Below are positions 1-13,500 of a stretch of DNA of 64,000 bases, piece by piece. The DNA comes from Eledone cirrhosa (taxonomy: Eukaryota), in contig OZ024741.1 of NCBI GenBank assembly GCA_964016885.1, forward strand, positions 238,948,001 to 239,012,000, read 5' to 3'. Each line of letters starts with the position of its first letter. Position 1 is the first letter of the stretch. The notes under the pieces were generated by a model. It was given only the letters and a program-made list of their open reading frames with translations, ran no database searches and was not told where the DNA came from. The translations under genes were made by a program, and so were the position numbers.

Positions 1-1230
1 CATACACACACACACACATAGATAAACTTAGATTCATACACATACATACTTACATACTCATACATACATTCATACACACACACACACACATACATAAACT
101 TAGATTCATACACATACATACTTACATACTCATACATACATTCATACACACACACACATGCATAAACTTAGATTCATACACATACATACTTACATACTCA
201 TACATACATTCATACACACACACACATGCATAAACTTAGATTCATACACATACATACTTACATACTCATACATACATTCATACACACACACACATACATA
301 ATCTTAGATTCATACACATACATACTTACATACTCATACATACATTCATACACACACACACATACATAATCTTAGATTCATACACATACATACTCATACA
401 TACATTCATACACACACATACATAAACTTAGATTCATACACATGCATACTTACATACTCATACATACATTCATACACACACACACACATACATAAGCTTA
501 GATTCATACACATGCATACTTATATACTCATACATACATTCATACACATACACACACATAAGCTTAGATTCATACGCATGCATACTTACATACTCATACA
601 TACATTCATACACACACACACATACATAAACTTAGATTCATACACATACATACTTACATACTCATACATACATTCATACACACACACACACATACATAAG
701 CTTAGATTCATACACATACATACATACATACTCATACATACACTCATACACACACACACACATACATAAGCTTAGATTCATACACATACATACTTACATA
801 CTCATACATACATTCATACACACACACACACATACATAAGCTTAGATTCATACGCATGCATACTTACATACTCATACATACATTCATACACACACACACA
901 TACATAAACTTAGATTCATACACATACATACTTACATTCTCATACATACATTCATACACACACACACACATACATAAACTTAGATTCATACACATGCATA
1001 CTTATATACTCATACATATATTCATACACACACACACACATACATAAGCTTAGATTCATACACATACATACTTACATACTCATACATACATTCATACCCA
1101 CACACACATACATAAACTTAGATTCATACACATGCATACTTACATACTCATACATACATTCATACACACACACACATACATAAACTTAGATTCATACACA
1201 TACATACTCATACACACATTCATACATACA
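1..1230. repeat. Minisatellite, ~55-62 bp CA/TA-rich unit, about 20 copies
   Basis: The unit catacataaacttagattcatacacatacatacttacatactcatacatacattcata(ca)n repeats, anchored by cttagattc every ~58 bp. It runs off the window start. Confidence 0.95.
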
Positions 1231-1517
1231 TGCATATGAACATACAAACATACACCTACATACTTTCATTGAATATAGTTTTGAGAAAAAATTGGATTAC
1301 AATTCAATTGTAATATGAATCTATAAAGATATTTCAACAAACCATTAACAATGATGATGATTATTAATATTATTTATATTAAAGAAAAAATAACATAGAT
1401 AATTAGTTATACTGTGTAAAGAGGTAAACAAGTAAATAACTTGTAATGAAATGAAGTTTGTCAGTAATTAATAAGAAACAATGATAAATATCAGATTGTT
1501 TCAACGATTTAACATAT

Positions 1518-2270
1518 CTATATGCAGATGATCTAACTCTCATAGCTGAATCTATGGCTGAACTAGAGAAGAAATTCCAAACATGGAAGCATGGCCTAGA
1601 ATCAAAAGGCCTTAAAGTTAACTTGTTTTAGTATGTAGAAAGAAAAATAGGGCACAGGTGCCGTCTGGGAAATGGCCTTGCTCAGTGTATAGGAAAGGAG
1701 TAGATAGAAATGCCATTCTATGCCCCAAATGCAAACTATGGGTACATAAAAGATGTAGTGGGATTACAAGCAAGCTCTCTAAGAATGTAGATTTTATATG
1801 TGGTCGATGCTCAGGTGCAGTAAGTAGCAAGTGCCCACTGGATACTAGCTCCTTACACTGCCCAGATGGTTCTATAGAAATAGTAGACACTTTCCATTAC
1901 CTGGTTGGCAAAATCAGCAGTGGAATGGGATGGAAAAAATTCAGAGAGCTAATATCACTGTTAGCCACAAGGGTTTTTTCTCTAAAAATGAAAGGCAAAT
2001 GTTATGCTTGCATACGAACAGCAATGCTACATGGCAGTGAGACCTGGGCATTGTGTGCAGAGGATCTGTGCAGATTGGAAAGGAACAAAGCATGCATGCT
2101 CCAATGGATGTGTAATAGTAATATACACAAACGGCAAAATGTAAATGAACTAAGTGAGAAATTAGGAATAAGAGGGATCAGATGCAGTTTACTTGAGAGA
2201 AAATTATGTTGGTATGGTCATGTGATGTGTATGAAGGATGACAGCTGTATAAAAAAGTGTAGTGCGATCA
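1518..2270 (+). mobile_element. Degenerate RTE-clade LINE fragment (RT C-terminus, Cys/His finger, C-terminal region)
   Basis: YADDL is encoded at ~1519 (tatgcagatgatcta). ORF 1658-2287 has WPCSVYRKGV..CPKCKLWVHKRCSG, GWKKFREL, AMLHGSETW and LCWYGHVM. Confidence 0.9.
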
Positions 2271-2282
2271 AAATCTCTGCTC

Positions 2283-2500
2283 TCTGAGTTCAAATCCCGC
2301 CGAGGTCAACTTTGCCTTTCATCCTTTCCAGGTCGACAAAAAAAGTACCAGTGTAATACTGGGGTCGATTCTTCCTCTCTCTGAAAGAAATCTGCTGTAC
2401 TCAGGCTTGGAGAGGGAAGGGTTTCACCAGGCTTAAAATGCTCAAGAAATGCTGTATGTCAATACAGCGCCCCTATGACTCTATCAGGAGTTACTGCACC
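2283..2500 (+). mobile_element. 5'-truncated SINE family A core with an alternative 3' tail ending in (ATAC)n
   Basis: B-box gagttcaaatccc plus core gcctttcatcctt..ggtcga..aagtaccag. The tail aatgctcaagaaatgctgta matches the minus copy at 41700-42020. Confidence 0.8.
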
Positions 2501-3719
2501 ATACATACATACATACATATGTGTGTGTATATATGTATGTATGTATATATATGTATGTGTATGTGTGTGTGTGCATGTGTATATATGTGTATATATATAT
2601 ATGTACATATGTATATATGTATGTATACATATATATATGTATATATATATACACATACATACACATATATACACCCACATGTATGTGTGTGTGTACACAT
2701 ACATAAGAATAAATATCCTAGCTAAATGCTGTCCATCTCCTACACCTACTAATACTGTCGTATAACCAGCCAGAATCTACCTACAAGTTTGTATACCTCA
2801 ATCGTATCAGGTATTGCATATGATAATACTTAATCTTTTTTTATATTTAATAAGAAACTACCCAGATAATTTGACTTATTTATATAAGCTAAAATGGAAT
2901 ATTTTCCTCTTTTCAAGATTTCTTATGCCATTTTAGAATTAGAGGCCTTCTTCTTTCATAACCATTTTCATTTTATTCTTAACTAATTACTTTTCTAAAT
3001 TTAATTATTTTTGAAAATTTAATCTATGTTTTGGTAATCAAAAAATATAGGCAGGTGCCACTATTATCTTTCCTTTCATTACTTTTCTGTCTTGGTAGCT
3101 ATGCCACACTTTCTTCATCCACATCATCATCATCATCATTTAACATCTGCTTTCCCTACTAGCAAGATTTGGATATATTCTTTACTTTTTTAACTTCTCT
3201 CATCCTTGCTACCATGCCTGTTTATTCCTAACTCATTTTAGCAAAGTGGATGGGTTATAGTCACAACTAAAACCAATCTTAGTAAATTGTTGAGCATGAA
3301 TATTCATGAGAGTGCCTGTACTTATAAATAAATAAATAAGCTTATAATATATATGTATTGTTATAGCCCTATGGTTAAGGAATTTGATACAATCTAGGTA
3401 CATCTGGGTTTGATCCTGCAGTGCAACATCTTAGGAAACTACCTGCTATGCCTTGGCAATGGAATTTGGTAAGGGGAAACTATGCATACAAAATGTTGAG
3501 AGAGAGAGACTGTGTGAAGACAGATAGATATCACCATAGTAATTAATTACACAGTAAGTGACACTTTCCCACCGATAGTCCTAGCTTGTCGACAACCATT
3601 GTTGCCAGCTTGCATGTTCGTTACTTGAGACAATGTTTGTCAACCAAGATCTTTTATGTTTGGAAAAATTGTTTGTGAACCAGTTTATTCATGAGAGGTC
3701 TTCGTGAACTGAATTTCCA

Positions 3720-3816
<97 letters not shown>

Positions 3817-3940
3817 AAATCATTATCATCATCATCATTATCATTTTACATCAGTTGTTCCACACTTTTATGGGCATATATATCATCATCAACATCCATG
3901 TTCCATGCTAGCATGGGTATATATATATATATATATATAT

Positions 3941-4375
3941 GTAGGAGGTGAGTTTTATTGTAGTACAATAAAGCAATGCAGATATCGGATAAGAAGCACT
4001 CTACAGTTTGTGGGACTGGAGTATGCATAATATAAGATCAAAAGATGGTTAAAGGAGTTCAATATATTTTATTATGCGCATTTCAAAAACAAACATCATC
4101 AAACAATAATATTTGTGTTTTCATCAGATAAAACAGGAGAACATGATATGAAGGCTAAAAAAACACTTGTTGATAGTGCAGTTGATTTAAAACTGTTGAT
4201 TTAAAACTGTTGATTTAAAACTGCACTATCAACAAGTGTTTTTTTAGCCTTCATATCATGTTCTCCTGTTTTATCTGATGAAAACACAAATATTATTGTT
4301 TGATGATGTTTGTTTTTGAAATGCGCATAATAAAATATATTGAACTCCTTTAACCATCTTTTGATCTTATATTAT
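3941..4375. mobile_element. PLE-derived fold-back element 1 (inverted arms 4027-4183 and ~4220-4375, unpaired tail 3941-4026)
   Basis: The ~155-bp arms are reverse complements, each with an HHR motif. (TA)n lies on both sides. Confidence 0.85.
4269..4335 (+). ncRNA. Type I hammerhead ribozyme (mirror copy on the minus strand in the left arm)
   Basis: ttttat-CTGATGA-aaac...gttttt-GAAA-tgcgca-TA-ataaaa: 6-bp stem I, canonical core, palindromic stem III. Confidence 0.8.
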
Positions 4376-4390
4376 ATATATATATATATA

Positions 4391-4743
4391 TATAAAGAAA
4401 AAGGGATGAAATCGAAAATGCAACTGAAGTCTTATTTTTTTAAAAAATATATATATTTATTTGATTCCTTTACCGGTTTCGCAGTTCTTCTGCTTTTCAA
4501 AAGGTGAGTTGAGATGGAGGGTCTGTGGTTTTTCTCACATGTGAGAAAAACCACAGACCCTCCATCTCAACTCACCTTTTGAAAAGCAGAAGAACTGCGA
4601 AACCGGTAAAGGAATCAAATAAATATATATATTTTTTAAAAAAATAAGACTTCAGTTGCATTTTCGATTTCATCCCTTTTTCTTTATACTTCCACTCGTG
4701 TAGGACACCTCGGTTATTTTTCATTTTGTAAAAAAAACCTCAC

Positions 4744-4750
<7 letters not shown>
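4391..4750. mobile_element. PLE-derived fold-back element 2 (perfect 298-bp palindrome 4391-4688 plus tail 4689-4750)
   Basis: Arms 4391-4539 and 4540-4688 are exact reverse complements centred on cacatgtg, with no spacer. (TA)n flanks both ends. Confidence 0.85.
4575..4612 (+). ncRNA. Minimal hammerhead-like motif with variant core TTGAAAA
   Basis: cctt-TTGAAAA-gcag aagaa ctgc-GAAA-ccgg-TA-aagg: all three stems are present, but the 5' core differs from CTGANGA. Confidence 0.6.
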
Positions 4751-4792
<42 letters not shown>

Positions 4793-4909
4793 CTTATATA
4801 TGTATCACACCCTCTTTCTATGAAAGTATAACTTAAAAGCAGTGTGTAGCTCATCTACTAGATGAATGTTGACTTAGGGGTAGTAAAGAGCAATGTTAAG
4901 TATCTAGAA

Positions 4910-6130
4910 GGGAAGCTGGATTTGTGCTAGGTTGGAGTACCTCTGATGCCCTCTTCTTATTAAGACAGTTGCAAAAGAAGATCCTAGCTAAGAGCAAGCA
5001 ACTATATATATATATAATATTTATATTTGTTGATTTGGAAAAGACCTTTGATAGAGTACCACAATCTGTTAACTGGTGGTCTCATGAGAGTAGTGCATGC
5101 TATGTACAAAAATGCAGACAGTAAAGCAAGAGTAGATAATGACTTTAATAAGGAATCCAGTGTGCAAGTTGGCATTCATCTTGGCTTGGTTTTCAGCTCA
5201 TTCCTATTCATTACAGTTCTCCAGGCCAATAAGAAGTGTTTAAGATAGCCTATCTACAGAAATGTTTACATGCTGATGATCTAGTAACTATAGCTGAATC
5301 TGTGGATAATTTAGAGAAGAAAATTCTGCTATAGAAATAAAAGCTAGAATCAAAAGGCTTCAGCATAAACTTAGTAACTTGGGAAATGGCCAAAAGAAAA
5401 AAACCCTACTGCTATCAGGGAAATAGTCATGCTCAATATGTAAAAATCATGTAGGGAGAAACCCCATACAATGTACTCCATGTAAACTAAGTGTAGTGGC
5501 ATAACAAGCTGACAAACACAGAAAAAGACTTTGTGTGTGGCAGATACACAGGAGTAGTGAGCAGTAAGAGAGCCACTAAAATGCAACTTTTCTAGTTCAA
5601 GCAAGGCTCCATAGTAGTAGTTAATAGTTTCTGTTATATAGATGACCTAATTAGCAGTGGAGTATGGTGCTCTTAAAGCATAGTAGCTGAATAAAGATAA
5701 GGCAGAAAATGTTCAAGGAGATACTACCTCTGCTGATAACAAAGAGGGTTTTCTTCAGGTGAAGGGTAGATTGTATGATGCCTGTGTAAATAGGGCAATG
5801 CTACATGGTTGTAAGATGTGGGCATTGAATGTAGTGGATATGCAAAATCTAGAAAGACAGAAATTATGCCTGCTCCATTGGATGTGTTATGTTAGTTTGT
5901 TCAAACGAGTTGAGAGAAAAACTGACTATTAGAGGAATCAGATGCCATATGCATGAGAAGAGGTCTTGTCAGTATGGAAACATAATGTGTATGGATTGTG
6001 AAGTGCCAGGAAGTGCCAGGATTTTCAAGTGAAAGGAAACTATGGAATATCAAGAAAGATGGGAACAGATGTGGTGAAAGCTGATCTCAAGATGCTGAAC
6101 AAAGGTGATGAAACAGATGAAGGGACACTC
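4910..6130 (+). mobile_element. Heavily degraded RTE-clade LINE (RT through C-terminus)
   Basis: STSDALFLLRQLQKK, FVDLEKTFDRVP, VQVGIHLG, HADDL (catgctgatgatcta) and AMLHG motifs, with many stops and frameshifts. Confidence 0.85.
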
Positions 6131-7412
6131 TGCTGGCGATGACTCCTCTATTCTATGAAAGCTTGGAAAACAGACTTAAAAATGGGGATGATATGCACAC
6201 ACGCACATGTATGTGTGTGTGTATAAAGAAATATTTTGCTAAAATATGTAAAGTTCATGTGATTAATACTAATTGTTTTATGAAGATCAGTATTAAACCC
6301 ATTACTCCAAACTCTATTAAATATAACTCAGAACTATGACATTGTGTTATTTATCACACTATGAATATCTTTGTGTTATTTATAAGACTTTACCTGTGTT
6401 CATCTGATAGAAAATATTGCCATCTAGAGATGTTGTTGTTCTCTATTGTAATCATTTTTAAAAGCAATTATGTGTTATCACAAAAATAAATACATAATAC
6501 CTTAATCTATATATAAATTTATATTATTTTCTGTACATATGTTTCTCTGAATGCATATGTGGTATGTTTATATATATATATATTCTTGATAGCAAGGAGA
6601 GCCGGCAAAACCATGACAATGATGATGATGATATATAAGTATATGTGAGTGTGTGTGTGTGTATGTGTGTGTATTTACTATTATATGAGCAGGTTAATAA
6701 GTTTAATTCACAGTCATGAGAGGTTGTATTTGAACGTATTTACTGTCTGACATCTTGGCCAAGTGTCTTCTCTTAATGCCAGGAGTTGACCCAACTTGTG
6801 ATTGAAATTGAATTGATGGAAGCTTTGTGGAAGTCGATGAGATGGACTGTATCTGTATCCTACCTTTTCACACAGTATTATGCTGATTATGACTGTGGAT
6901 TACATTCAGGGTGCTGATATCTGTGGAATACTCAGCCACTTATAGTATGATTCAACAATGAGTAGGTAGTTCAATTAAGGGTCCATTTACATTGTTTTTT
7001 ACTTGTGTTAATAGATGTCGTCTCAAAATGTTTGATTGTATATAGTACTGGAACATTGCTCATTGATTATGAACTTAAATCCATTATAGACATTTATGTT
7101 ACTAGGTAGAACACTTTCCATTACATTGCCATATCTGATCTATCAGGAATGGGTACTAGATTATCAAAGACAGTCACCTGTGATAACCTGGTATCCTATC
7201 CAAGAGGAAACCTATTTCTCATCAACATCCTGCAAAAAGGAAAAAAAACCAAAGTTAAGAAGCAGCCCTTAAAATCTCTTTATGGTTTATAAGAATTTTA
7301 CATTTATAGTCTGTTGTCGATGGCAATTGTAAACATCCAGACTGTCAGTATTATGAGTAACTATCTTTATTGATATTATATATACACACACTCACACACA
7401 TGCATATATATA

Positions 7413-8688
7413 TCTATATCTATAAAAATGAAAATGTCTGTGTGTGTGTGTGTGTGTCTGTTCGACAGCAACTTTTGATCCGCAAGGCCAATTTTCAAAA
7501 TTTCTTTTGTAATCAACCACAAATTTATCAGGGCAGGTCGACATGACATTGCGAATGATCGACTCTCCCTTTGCCCAGGTAAAAAATCGATAAAACTGAC
7601 TATAGGTACGACTTTTCACAGAAAAAAATCTCTATATCTATAAAAATGAAAAAGAAAGAGTGAGAGTGAAAGAAACAGACAGACTAAAAGAGGGGGATAG
7701 CGGGAGAGAGAGAGAGAGAGCGACAGATGCTGTGTTTGATACATGACAGTGGAAGAGGGGAAGGAATGCTATAACTAAATAACATATGTGCGTGTGTGTT
7801 CGTGCAGCGTTCCAGTAAGAGTTAAATCTATTAAGCGATGATAATACGTCGTTATGTGGACCGAGAAGAACAATTTCATGCAAAAATAAGACCAAGTTTA
7901 TGGTGTAAATGGCGTCGTTAGACTAATATTCTATTTAAAATAACCGAATGATTTCCAGCCCCGGAGTTTAAGAATGATGTAAATAAAATTATAAACGAAA
8001 ATGACAGAGGTTATTAAAATAGTTGTTTCTACTTTTGGCACAAGGCCAGCAATAACCCAGTACATTACTGGTACTTCATTTTATCGACTCGTTAGGATGA
8101 AAGGCAAAGTTAACCTCGACGGGATTTTAACTTTGCCTTAACATAGTAAAAGTAAATAGTGAAGATTTAGGCCATTACATACGTATGCGCCGACGGACAT
8201 ACACATACATATACATACGCACGCACACAGACACAGGCACACGCACGCACGCACGTGTGTGTGTGTAAACCTTATGCATTTCTACAGTATTTTCACCAAA
8301 CTTAAGACATAGGTTACTTATGTATTCCGGGCACTTTCATTTTTACAGATATTGATTATAGGGCCTCCCGGCAGGTAACCCCCTTTAACCACTTCCTTGG
8401 AGTCGACTGAAGCACTGCAGTGCAATGCAACTAAACGTCATAACTTCTGGAGTTCGCAACCGATTTTCACAAAACTTGACACAAGGGCTACGTTTGTTCT
8501 ACAGATGAATGTGAACTCTCAGAATTGGCACATATTGAGTAGGAGACCCCTGGGGGGCAGGAATCCCCTTTTGGAAAAAGTCGATGATTTTGTAAAAGTA
8601 TAGTTTTCGAAGCAGCACTGAACTATTGACATAAATGGTATACATAACTGCTATTTAATACCCGAGCAACGCCGGGTACCTCTGCTAG
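7413..8688 (+). mobile_element. Non-autonomous Helitron (5' end duplicated at ~7630; SINE fragment nested at ~8020-8135)
   Basis: Starts TCtatatctataaaaatgaaa. Ends with hairpin cccgagcaacgccggg then CTAG at 8685-8688, followed by T. Confidence 0.75.
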
Positions 8689-9123
8689 TATATATATATA
8701 TATATATTAGAAGAGCAGAACTGAGAACATGCTTTCTCTGCAAGACCTAGCACAGGCAACTAATTTAGGTAAGCAATAACTCTAAATAAAAACACTTTCA
8801 TAGAGTAAAGAAACTCTTTAGTTTTGCTGTAGATATCCTCTTTGGTGCCAATGACATCATAAAATATACCCAGTTCACATTATAAAGGGGTTGCTGATAG
8901 GAAGGGTATCTAGCCAGAAGAACCATGTCAATAACATGATATACACACAGCAAAGATAGTTGGTTTCCTATTTTGTTATGTGTACCAAATGACAGAGGAG
9001 TACAATGTTGATTAAGATGTTGAGATGCAGCCAGCTCTTGCAAGCATGGAACAAGAAAATATAATGTAATATGATGATGATGATGATGGTGTATCTACTT
9101 GTATTTACTTCTATTTATTTATA

Positions 9124-9191
<68 letters not shown>

Positions 9192-9210
9192 AATGAAAGA
9201 TATATTATAC

Positions 9211-9244
<34 letters not shown>

Positions 9245-9269
9245 GTATAATATATATATATATATAATA

Positions 9270-9412
9270 TAATTGTTTCTACAAGGCCAGCAATTACCGA
9301 GTGCATTACTGGTACTTTATTTTATCGACCCCAGAAGGATGAAAGGCAAAGTTAACCTCGGCGGGATTTGATTATATATATATATATATTCATTATATAT
9401 ATATATATATTC

Positions 9413-9455
<43 letters not shown>

Positions 9456-9640
9456 ATTGTTTCTACTTTAGGCACAAGGCCAGCAATTACCCAGTGCATT
9501 ACTGGTACTTTATTTTATCGACCCCGTAAAGATGAAAGGCAAAGTCAACCTCGGCGGGATTTGAACTCAGATCGTAAAGGGACGTAACTATGCTGGAAAG
9601 CATGGCATCCGACCCTCCACCAATACTGCCAATCCACCGC
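9270..9640 (-). mobile_element. SINE family A: 3' fragment (9270-9370) and full copy (9453-9640)
   Basis: Reverse complement of ggcggtggattggcagta..gagttcaaatcccgccgagg..gcctttcatc..gtagaaacaatta, with tRNA-like A/B boxes. Confidence 0.9.
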
Positions 9641-10126
9641 CCTACCCCATATATATAATATAATGAATGTATGTATATGTATATCACTGCATCACACTGA
9701 ATTTTCCCGAGAAATACGTTATTTCTAATATTAAGTGAAAGAGGAGGCTGAGATTTGAAGGCACCCCAAATGAAGTTGTGTTTCCTTTACTGCTTTGGAA
9801 ATTTGGAAAGCAACATCTGTTAAAAGCCTAAGAGGTTGCAAGCTCTCCTATCCAGAGACTTTAGTATTGATGTTCAGGATCTAGGTAATACAATAAAGCA
9901 CACCAGACTTATATGGAGATCTATATTGTTGAGTCTACTTCAGCTGAGGTCAAAGGTTGATGATGATGACATTAAGGATACACGTGTCTGTAGAATGCTC
10001 AGCCACTTGCACATTCATTTCAGCAGCAGACTATACTGTTGGTTTAATCAAGTGAAACACTCACTGTCAGAACAAACAAAGGTGTGTATGTGTTTGTGTG
10101 TGTGTGTGTTTATGTGTGTGTGTATA

Positions 10127-10203
<77 letters not shown>

Positions 10204-10472
10204 AGAGTGAAAGTTGAAAGAGAAAGAAAATGGTTTAATTTATACTTCGGAGGTGTGTATATGTGTATATATCCAACTACAATATATGACAAACAACAAT
10301 GTTGCAAACATCCACTGACAAATAAGTGCAGACCTGCACATAAACATGCACACACACATGCACCAACACAAATATTAACACATATATTTGGGAATAATTA
10401 ACTACTAAAATATATTTGTGTGAATGTCTTATATACCTTAGAGGGACATCTTAAAATACATAAATGCTAGCC

Positions 10473-10539
<67 letters not shown>

Positions 10540-13500
10540 CACAGACCCACACACACATATATATATTTCTATATAGTGTAATATTCATATAATTAGGTCT
10601 GTACTTATAGCTGTAACATGTTATTTATTGTTCTCTGCCACTATTATCACCAAAGTTTGAATAGCAGTAAATGTCATTCAAAGTTTTCTTACTGAATCAC
10701 TTCCAATGTTGCTTTTCTCTTCTAAATAGTTTATATCCAAATGTACAAATGCTGGCTTTCAGAAAAATCATTTTCTTAAAGTTTGGAGAAACTCTCTAAC
10801 ATCTAATAATTGTGCAGCCTACGGCTAAGCTCATTACTGTGCCAAACTCAATAGCACTGAATTTAAAATATCTTTCATCTGCAGCACTTCAGCTCTGCAC
10901 TCAACACTTCCTAACAGCTGCCATGCCTTCTAGGCGAGGGCTAAATGAATCTCTTCTAATTTGTGTATTTCATCTCCAACTCCATCCATACAATTCAAAT
11001 ACAACTTTCTTAAGGCCCTTTAGATCTGAAACTAATGATTTTGCCATTCTCTTTGCATTCTCCATACTTGATAACTGTACCAATCACCTTTATCTCTCTT
11101 TTACTTCCAATTTTCTTTGATGTATTCTTCCCATGGTAGATGTGAATGTGTTTCATTGTCCTTTCAGAGCCAACTAAGCTACAATTCATTCCATATTTGT
11201 TGCAAATCTTAATTTTCTTTAATGAAAAATTTTTAATTTAATTTTTACAAATGTCTTTACACCTGATATTTTTAACTTGATTTACATCAAACTATATTTT
11301 GTGACGTATTCCTTACAAATGGAATTTACTTGATGGTTAGGCAACATAGTAACCACTTGTTTGATTATAATCAATCATAAGATTGCTTATAGGAAAAGTA
11401 GGGAAAAGCAGTTAGTAACTCTTTCAAATATGTTATGGTGCTGATAATAACATGGGTATATTTTCCCAGGATGTCCACTACATGAAAAACATACAATTAA
11501 GTAGGAGCTGTGATATCTAATTATCATCATCATCACCATTTGACATCTGTTATCCATGCTTATGTGGGTTAGATGAGTTGTCATATTCTGAGACCAGACA
11601 GGTCTGTTGTCCACGTTCTTCTCTTATATTCTGTTTTCAGTTTGGTGTCTATGGCTATATGTCCTTCCTAACATCAATCACTTTACAATGTGGAATAAGA
11701 GCATTTTTCATAGCATCAGTAATACCACCTTACAGGATGGATTAGATGCTTTTTGTCATGGCACCAGGACTTAAAATTACACCAGCATTGAAAAGAAAAT
11801 TCATTAGGGATTAATGTTCATGATAATTCCTGTCCAGGTAGACAATAATCATCATTAATTCTTAGTTTTCTTTTCATCACAGATGTAACTGATTAAACCA
11901 TATTTTGGGCTCACTACATTATTTTAGTCCCCTTGTAATATTATGGTAATATATTTGAATTTACTATATATATTTTAGTATTAACTTTTATAAAGATACT
12001 GGGCCTAAAAAAGATATTGACTTAACTAAACTTAATGATATATTCTATCAAATTTCTTCAGATACTCAAGCTAAAATATTTTAACATGAGCAAGACATGG
12101 TCCTTTGACTTATCTTAAGAGATCAGTAACTCGAACTGATTTAGACTTTACTGACCTGTACAACTTATGCCAGCATGGAAAGTGGACTTAAAAAGATGAT
12201 GATGATGATGATGTTGATCTTGATCTAAGAACTTACTGATGTAACTCTGTCAGTATTTTTACTAAATGTACAGTTATGTCAGTAGTCTTAACTTGCTGTG
12301 TAAACTCTGTGTAATAAGCAAGTTTCTTTTAATCATTTGTTTAATTCTAGTTGTTTACTCAACAATCATTGATTACAGTTCTCAGAATCTATTATAACAC
12401 AAGATTCAGAACTATATTGTTCTCCATTGAGTGTAACATATTGGAAATCACCTTAGTTGTTTGATTTAAGACTATATACCATCCCTAACAGTTCAAAATA
12501 TTTAATGAGAATCTCACATCTCCATAATATAAGATAAAGAGTTCCTAATGGGTTGTTTCTCTAATCAACTTCATTCTATTCTTTAATTCCTTTAAAAAAC
12601 AAGTTAATAGTAATGTTCAGTGTAATCTAGCATTTTTTTTAACAATCACTCTTACCTCTCATACTTTTCATCGCTATAGAATGACAGATTTGCTTTATAA
12701 ACCCCTTTTAATGCTTCCTGTCTAGACTGTAACCTGACATTGGTAATTAATTGGGAGATAATATATGAAATTTAAATGGAACTAAACATAATAGCCAGTA
12801 CTATCAAAGTTATTTCCTCTTTCTGACAGCAAAATACACAGATACACCCACACACCCAGGAGAACACAGGAAATCTAGTTATAATAGCAAGGACACAGTG
12901 AACTCTTTCAGTAGTAAAGAGATTCATAATTTACACTATTCTCAAATATTGAAAAATTTATTTGGTTTCTGTGACCAATGATAACAGTATGTAATTCTCC
13001 ACTCTATTATTAGAGAGATAAGTGCTTATTTGTCAATGTTTCCATAAAAATATTGCTATAGTATTTATTGAGAACATGCCTTTATACACATCTACACTCA
13101 AGTGTAAGAATAATTGTACATTTCCTACAAATCTGTCCAGAATACAACATGTGTTAAGAGATGTTTTGTAAATAATCAAATGTACCAAAGTCCAGAATGA
13201 TTATTAATGTTTCCTTTACAGTAACAAAGCCTTGCTTTGACAATTTTTTGCAGTGAGAACTTCAGTCTATTCGAGATATTGGTAACCATCGTAAATAATT
13301 TTAGTGATGATAGTTTTAATCTGTTCATTTTTTCCTAATTGTTCTTCCTTTTTTAAGCCCACATAATCCTGAGATGGTCATGAGGACAGAGTCTGCTGAC
13401 ATGCCTTCCAGAGGATCCCCAAACAAGACCAATCATCCTAATCTTCACTTACATTATTACTTTAATATTATTTTCTTCAACCAATTATATAAGAGAGGTA

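Noticed and set aside
1-1230. Regularly spaced repeat resembling a CRISPR array
   Set aside because: There are no unique spacers, the whole unit repeats, there are no cas genes, and the context is eukaryotic.
6393-6445. Possible small minus-strand exon ending acag|gtaaag
   Set aside because: The acceptor lacks a polypyrimidine tract. Such matches are expected by chance in 64 kb.
10700-11160. Purine-rich, coding-looking minus-strand stretch
   Set aside because: No sustained open frame and no recognisable motif.
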